Source: Octopus bimaculoides
Taxonomy: Eukaryota
Reading direction: 5' to 3'
Length of the DNA stretch: 34,936 nt
Assembly (NCBI RefSeq): GCF_001194135.2
Contig: NC_069000.1
Coordinates: 29,004,481-29,039,416 of the forward strand
Shown: in pieces, positions 30,130 through 34,936 of the stretch
How the letters are laid out: the number at the start of each line of letters is the position of its first letter
Numbering within the stretch: the first letter of the stretch is position 1
Notes under the pieces: model-generated
What the model was told of the DNA's origin: nothing
What the model saw: only the letters and a program-made list of their open reading frames with translations
The model's database searches: none
Program-made: the position numbers and the translations under genes

Positions 30130-31260
30130 ATATCAAATATAATGCAACCTTCACTCTTTACCTAAAAATCAAAGACTTGAGTATCATGCCATCCACCAAT
30201 CTTGCATTGAATATTTTCTGCTAAATTTCTCACATTTGAATATAGACAGCTTTTTTGTCGTGAGATTGGTCTGGAGGACTTATAGTATTCCTAGACCTTC
30301 TGAGATGAGTGATTTTGATACAGTTAGTGTTTCTTTTGAAAACCTGCAAATTCATGGCTGCCGTGAAAAAATGCACTACGTTGTTCAAGTCCTGTGACAA
30401 CCTCTTTTCAAATGAGAATGAAGGACTTCAACCAATTATAAAGATTAACCCTCATACTCATTGCAGTGGGTTTGCACCATAAATGAGGCACAGAATTAAA
30501 GGTTTTGGCAAATTGGAGATAGATAGCATCCACTCTTGAACCATCATTGCTGATTCAAGTGATGTCTTCAAGAAACTCAATGAGCTGGCCACAGCAGCAT
30601 TAAAGTTAGGGATAAATCTAAATTGTGAGGATCAAATAAGTTATGAAACCTCCAGAAATTTCAGAATGTCTCTCTGACACAGGTTTACATCAATTTGGTG
30701 ACACAGCTAGCGAGACTGACTGGATTACAACTAGTGAGAATGACAGGGTATGTGCAGTTGCTATTTTTGAAGAAGGAACAATACTGATAATTTTCCTCTG
30801 TTCTTGAAGAAAGAATTGTGAGAGAAGTGAAAGCTGATGCAGTAGAAAGAGCCCATTGTGTTTGAAAAGAAGATAAGTAACACCATCAAAACTAAGGGAA
30901 GCATGGTTGCATTTATATTAGAGATGGCATTGAAGAAGTGCTGGAGTAAATTTAACAGATATAGAATTTTGTGACTATAATAGTGAAGATGGCACATTTG
31001 CATTTTTAACAATAAAAATGCCAGTATAGCATTCAGCAATAAACTCTGCAAATGCTTTTGGATCATCAGTAATTTGACCTGTGTGAGAGCAGTAAGCACC
31101 TTTAAGTAGAAGTGTTGATGCGTGTATTTAATGCTGCAGAAAATACCTCTTGGTGCAACTGTTTTATTTTTCATCAAGGAATTGTTGGAAAGCTTGAGCA
31201 AACATAGAACATCATACAACTTTCACCGTCATCAAAGTGGTCTTGGAACGAAAAAAAAAA
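30130..31260 (-). mobile_element. Decayed CR1-clade LINE ORF2 fragment (linker and RT)
   Basis: Minus strand ITDDPKAFAEF, FDGVTY, PVSLASCVTKLM, SSQFRFIP, DGSRVDAIYLQFAKTFNSVPH and NLYNWLKSF; many stops and frameshifts. Confidence 0.85.
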
Positions 31261-31665
31261 TCATAGACAGTCATGCTAACAACACCATTGTAGAGTAGTG
31301 AATGTGCTCATGTTTCCAAAACTTTTGATGTAAGAGTCAAAAAGGTGGATTTCATTACATACACTAAACTAATTTATTTCTGGATTTGAGCCAGTTATGA
31401 TTCATAGGGAACGTTTTAGCTTTCTAGGGCTTTTTCATTGTTGCCCATCAAATCAACATATATCTAGAACGAGTATACTAGAACTAAGTTGTAAAAGAAT
31501 TTGAAATAGATTCAACAAAATTAGCATCAGATAAAGTTAACTTGGATCAAATTTAGTCTTATTAGTTTCTGTGTATTACAAAGGTGACATTTTAGTGATA
31601 TGACTACAAGAGAAATCTTTTGGGGAAGGCTTTGACAGAGACTCATAACCTGTTTAATTTTTATA

Positions 31666-31930
31666 GATGGTGAATTGGAAAAGTTGTTAAAGCATTAGAT
31701 GAAAAGCTTTGTGATATTTATGTTGGTTTCTGAGTTCAAATCCTGCCAGGTCAGCTTTGCCTGCCATCTTTTTAGAATTAATAAATAACATACCAGTCTG
31801 GGATAGTGAACTGGCAGAATCAGTAGAGCTCTGATGGGATGCCTTGTGGTATTTGTTCTTGCTCAGTATTTTGAGTTCAAATCCTGCCATGGTGTACTTT
31901 GTTGGTGGACTTAATCTATCACTTGGTTTA
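31666..31930 (+). mobile_element. Two adjacent decayed family C SINE heads (31666-31800 and 31803-31930)
   Basis: Each has GTGAAxTGG.A.AA..GTTA and TGAGTTCAAATCCTGCC. The first retains CTTTGCC..CATCTTTTTAG..ATAAATAACATACCAG. Confidence 0.7.
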
Positions 31931-32234
31931 TCACCAATACCTGATCCTCGAGAGCTTTCAATAGAGTGCACCCTATTTCAAATATTCAAGCCAGGGTTCA
32001 AGTTTGAGGATACTTTCCTCTGTACCACCAGCCATAGTGGTTCTGTAAAAGATCAGAGGTATTGCCATTTCTCTTGACTAAGAGATATAAAATTATAGAA
32101 CTTATGACAATTAGATGAATGCAAGAGATATGTAAGCCATTGCTTTTGTTGTTTACTCCAGATCAGCTCTGATCCAGCAATGAAGTACAGGCTTGCTGTT
32201 TTTCAGAAATAGTCTATCTAGGATTAGATTTTGC

Positions 32235-32410
32235 TATGTAGACCCCTTATGTTTCTGCTTAGCCTTAGGTCAGCCATAGTCAAGATGTTAAAAAACATTG
32301 TAGCTTTGATGATCAGATCTTTATTTAATATATAATGTCTCTAGGGCTACATTATAGAATGGTAGGGTGTGATTTAAGGAATTTCATTGCTGCTATTTCT
32401 AATAGGTTAT
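32235..32410 (+). mobile_element. Old dispersed repeat family A (copy 5)
   Basis: CTAGGGCTACATTAT..GGGTGTGATTTAAGGAATTTCATTGCTGCTATTTCTAATAGG. Confidence 0.6.
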
Positions 32411-32859
32411 GCACCTGTGTAGATGACCCTTTATTGATTCAGTTGTGGGTCTAGTGAAAAATTTAATATATCAATAAGTTGACCAAGTCTTTGTGCTGAC
32501 CCCTACTCAGATATTCATTACAGAGATCACAGAGGAGCACAAGATTAGGTTCTTATTGCTTGTCTATCAAGGCGTTTTACAAAAGATGATTCTGGTGATG
32601 TGGATATTGGTGTTGGTTTTGACTGTGATAGTGGGGTAGTAACAACAAAGGTAGAGTGGGGATAACAGTTGAGGTAGTGGATGTGGAGGATGCGTGATAA
32701 TGGTAGTAGTAGTAGTAGTAGTAGTAGTGGTATGGGGTCATGTATTGTAACAGCATGTCACTATTCCTGCTGGGTGACAGCTTTGTACCATTCAGGGTGA
32801 CAACCCTCCAAACCACAGGTCTGTTTTAGGTTGTTGTTGTTGGTGGTGAGGGTTTTATG

Positions 32860-33082
32860 AGGCTGGAGTGCAAATCTTACGTCAACCTTTTTTAGTTCCC
32901 TTTTACAACATGCAAAGCAAATGGGTCTATTCTTTGACATGCCAGTCCCCACACAACCTTAAAGTGTTTTGCTCAACGCATGAAGTGTTTTGCTCAACAA
33001 CACATGTTGCCTGGTCCAGGAACTGAACCTATGATCTGGAGGTTGCAAATACAACACCCTAACCACTAGGCCACGCACCTTT
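32860..33082 (-). mobile_element. tRNA-derived SINE (different head), decayed
   Basis: Reverse complement GGTGCGTGGCCTAGTGGTTAGGGTGTTG..GGTTCAGTTCCTGGACC (A and B boxes). Internal duplication of AAGTGTTTTGCTCAAC at a 21-bp period. Confidence 0.7.
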
Positions 33083-33099
33083 ACTGTAACAGAGATGAT

Positions 33100-34340
33100 T
33101 ATTATTGGTGTCCTCAGAGTTTTTGTGCGAATGGAAGTGGTGATGATAGCAATTGATGGTTTGAGTGGGATTGATGAAGATATTTAGAAATTGTGATGGT
33201 GATGGTGATTGTTAGTTGAAGATAACTTCGATGAGAAAAAGTGATGATGATGATGGGGATGACAATGATACTGGTTATGATGATGATGGGGATGACAATG
33301 ATACTGGTTATGATGATGATGATGATGACAGCAACAAACGATGCTGATGGAGTGTTGGGGTGGTGGTGGTGGTGGTGGAAGCTGGTGTTCGTGAAGTGGT
33401 GGTGATGATGATGACAAGGTGATGTGGTGATGAAGAAAAAATTAGGGAATGCAATGTCAAGGATTAGTAGAATAACTATAGTGACAGCAGGGTCTGCTGC
33501 TGCTGCTGCTACTGCTGCTACTGAAGAGGATGATAGAGGTCGTGTTGATGGTGAGGGGGATGGTGATGTTGGCAGTGGTGGCGTTAGTGATGGTAATTAA
33601 TAAAGACACTAGTAGAGCAGATGTCTCTGTTGCTGATAGTTGTTGGCAGAGGGTAACAGTAGTGGTGGCGGTGGTGTTGCCAGTGATCGTGGTGGTGGTG
33701 ATGGTGGGGCCAGTGATCGTGGTTGTGGTGATAATGATGGTGTATGATCAAAGTGAAATGTTATTGTATTAAATGGATCACATTGTAGCTACATTGTAAA
33801 TAGACAACGGTAGACAAGGGTCCCAGCATGGTATCTAATAAACAGATGGAAAACAGTTGGTGGTGGTGGTGGTGGTGGTGGAGTGGATGTAGAGGAGGGA
33901 CGTTGGAGATATGTAGGGGAATTAGGAGTGGAGGTGGAGAGAGGATAGTGATGGTGGTATTAATGATGATGATGACGACTATGATGTTAGTAATGGAGCT
34001 TATAAATTTAAGGATGTTAGTGATGGTGATGGTGGTGGTGGTGGTGGTGGTTTGTGGCTTTTTATCAGAGACAGACAGACAGACAGACTGATTAGCAAAG
34101 ATAATTATGTCAACTAGTGTTGGTGATAACTACAGTAATCTTGTTATTGTTGATGAAAGGTAAGGAAGAAGACAGGAATGATGAAAATGATGATGATGAT
34201 GATTACGATGGTGATGATGATGATGTTTGCAATGAGAAAGATGATGTATGTTGATGATGATGATGATGAAGAGAAGGAGTAATAGTTGCTGGAGAATGGT
34301 GAGATGGATAGAGCAAGAATATGGTGTTGGTAGTGTAAAA
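33100..34340. repeat. Low-complexity (GAT)n/(GGT)n/(GCT)n region with (GACA)n and a 33-bp tandem duplication (33245-33310)
   Basis: Seen directly; ORFs here are poly-H/V/M/W artefacts. Confidence 0.92.
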
Positions 34341-34687
34341 GCAAGCACAGTCTTTTTCTAACTGCCTAAGGATGCTTGAACATCATCTCAGTAGCATCTC
34401 CATTTCTTCACCTTTTAGAGCTAGTAAAGAAGAAATACCAGAAATATACTGGGAAAAACTGTACCCAGCCACCATACCTCTCTTCTTTACAAAATTGGTT
34501 TTGTGAATATTTCAGAAAAATTTTCATATTCTATGTTTTATATATTTTAAACATTTTACATATCTAAATACCATTGGGATCTCCTGATGTCACTGGTCTT
34601 TGGTACATATTGATGGATGAATGTTGCTTTCATTAGACGATGGTTCCAGTTGTTCAATTAATGGAGCTTCTTTCAATCAAACATAAA

Positions 34688-34721
<34 letters not shown>

Positions 34722-34936
34722 GTTTAACGTCCGCTTTCCATGCTAGCATGGGTTGGACGATTTGACTGAGGACTGGTGAAACCGGATGGCAACACCAGGC
34801 TCCAGTCTGATTTGGCAGAGTTTCTACAGCTGGATGCCCTTCCTAACGCCAACCACTCAGAGAGTGTAGTGGGTGCTTTTACGTGTTACCCGCACGAAAA
34901 CGGCCACGCTCGAAATGGTGTCTTTTATGTGCCACC
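34688..34936 (-). mobile_element. Young RTE-tail element with (GAT)11 tail, running off the window
   Basis: Near-identical to 23240-23421. Its extra 5' part GGTGGCACATAAAAGACACC resembles GCCACATAAAAAGCACC at 25976-25992. Confidence 0.9.

Noticed and set aside
30350-30700. Plus-strand reading resembling a hAT transposase (GLQPIIKINPHTHC)
   Set aside because: The minus strand of the same bases gives a much better colinear CR1 RT match (VDAIYLQFAKTFNSVPH).
32577-34348. His-, Val-, Trp- or Tyr-rich ORFs as real proteins
   Set aside because: They are direct translations of trinucleotide microsatellites.

Overview
AT-rich, microsatellite-rich animal genomic DNA from a gapped draft assembly with five N runs. 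The SINE and LINE-tail families look like those of octopus/cephalopod genomes; this is my inference from remembered sequence similarity and is not database-verified. I found no host protein-coding gene I can support. The window is a mosaic of decayed mobile elements: a Helitron helicase 3' end (1-189), a Mag-like Ty3/Gypsy on the minus strand (~890-4470), a Tigger/pogo transposon interrupted by a CsRn1-like Gypsy (7152-13607), hAT fragments, a CR1/L2 relic, two RTE-type LINE 3' ends, a mariner, a CR1 LINE, several tRNA-derived SINEs, a foldback MITE and minisatellites. The most interesting structure is at 18833-19764. It is a ~0.5 kb non-autonomous unit joining the start of a Penelope-like ORF, an intact tRNA-type Pol III promoter (A and B boxes) and a minimal hammerhead-ribozyme motif. 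It is inserted as an inverted plus partially tandem, circularly permuted arrangement flanked by a 13-bp target-site duplication. All protein-family assignments are by-eye motif recognition.
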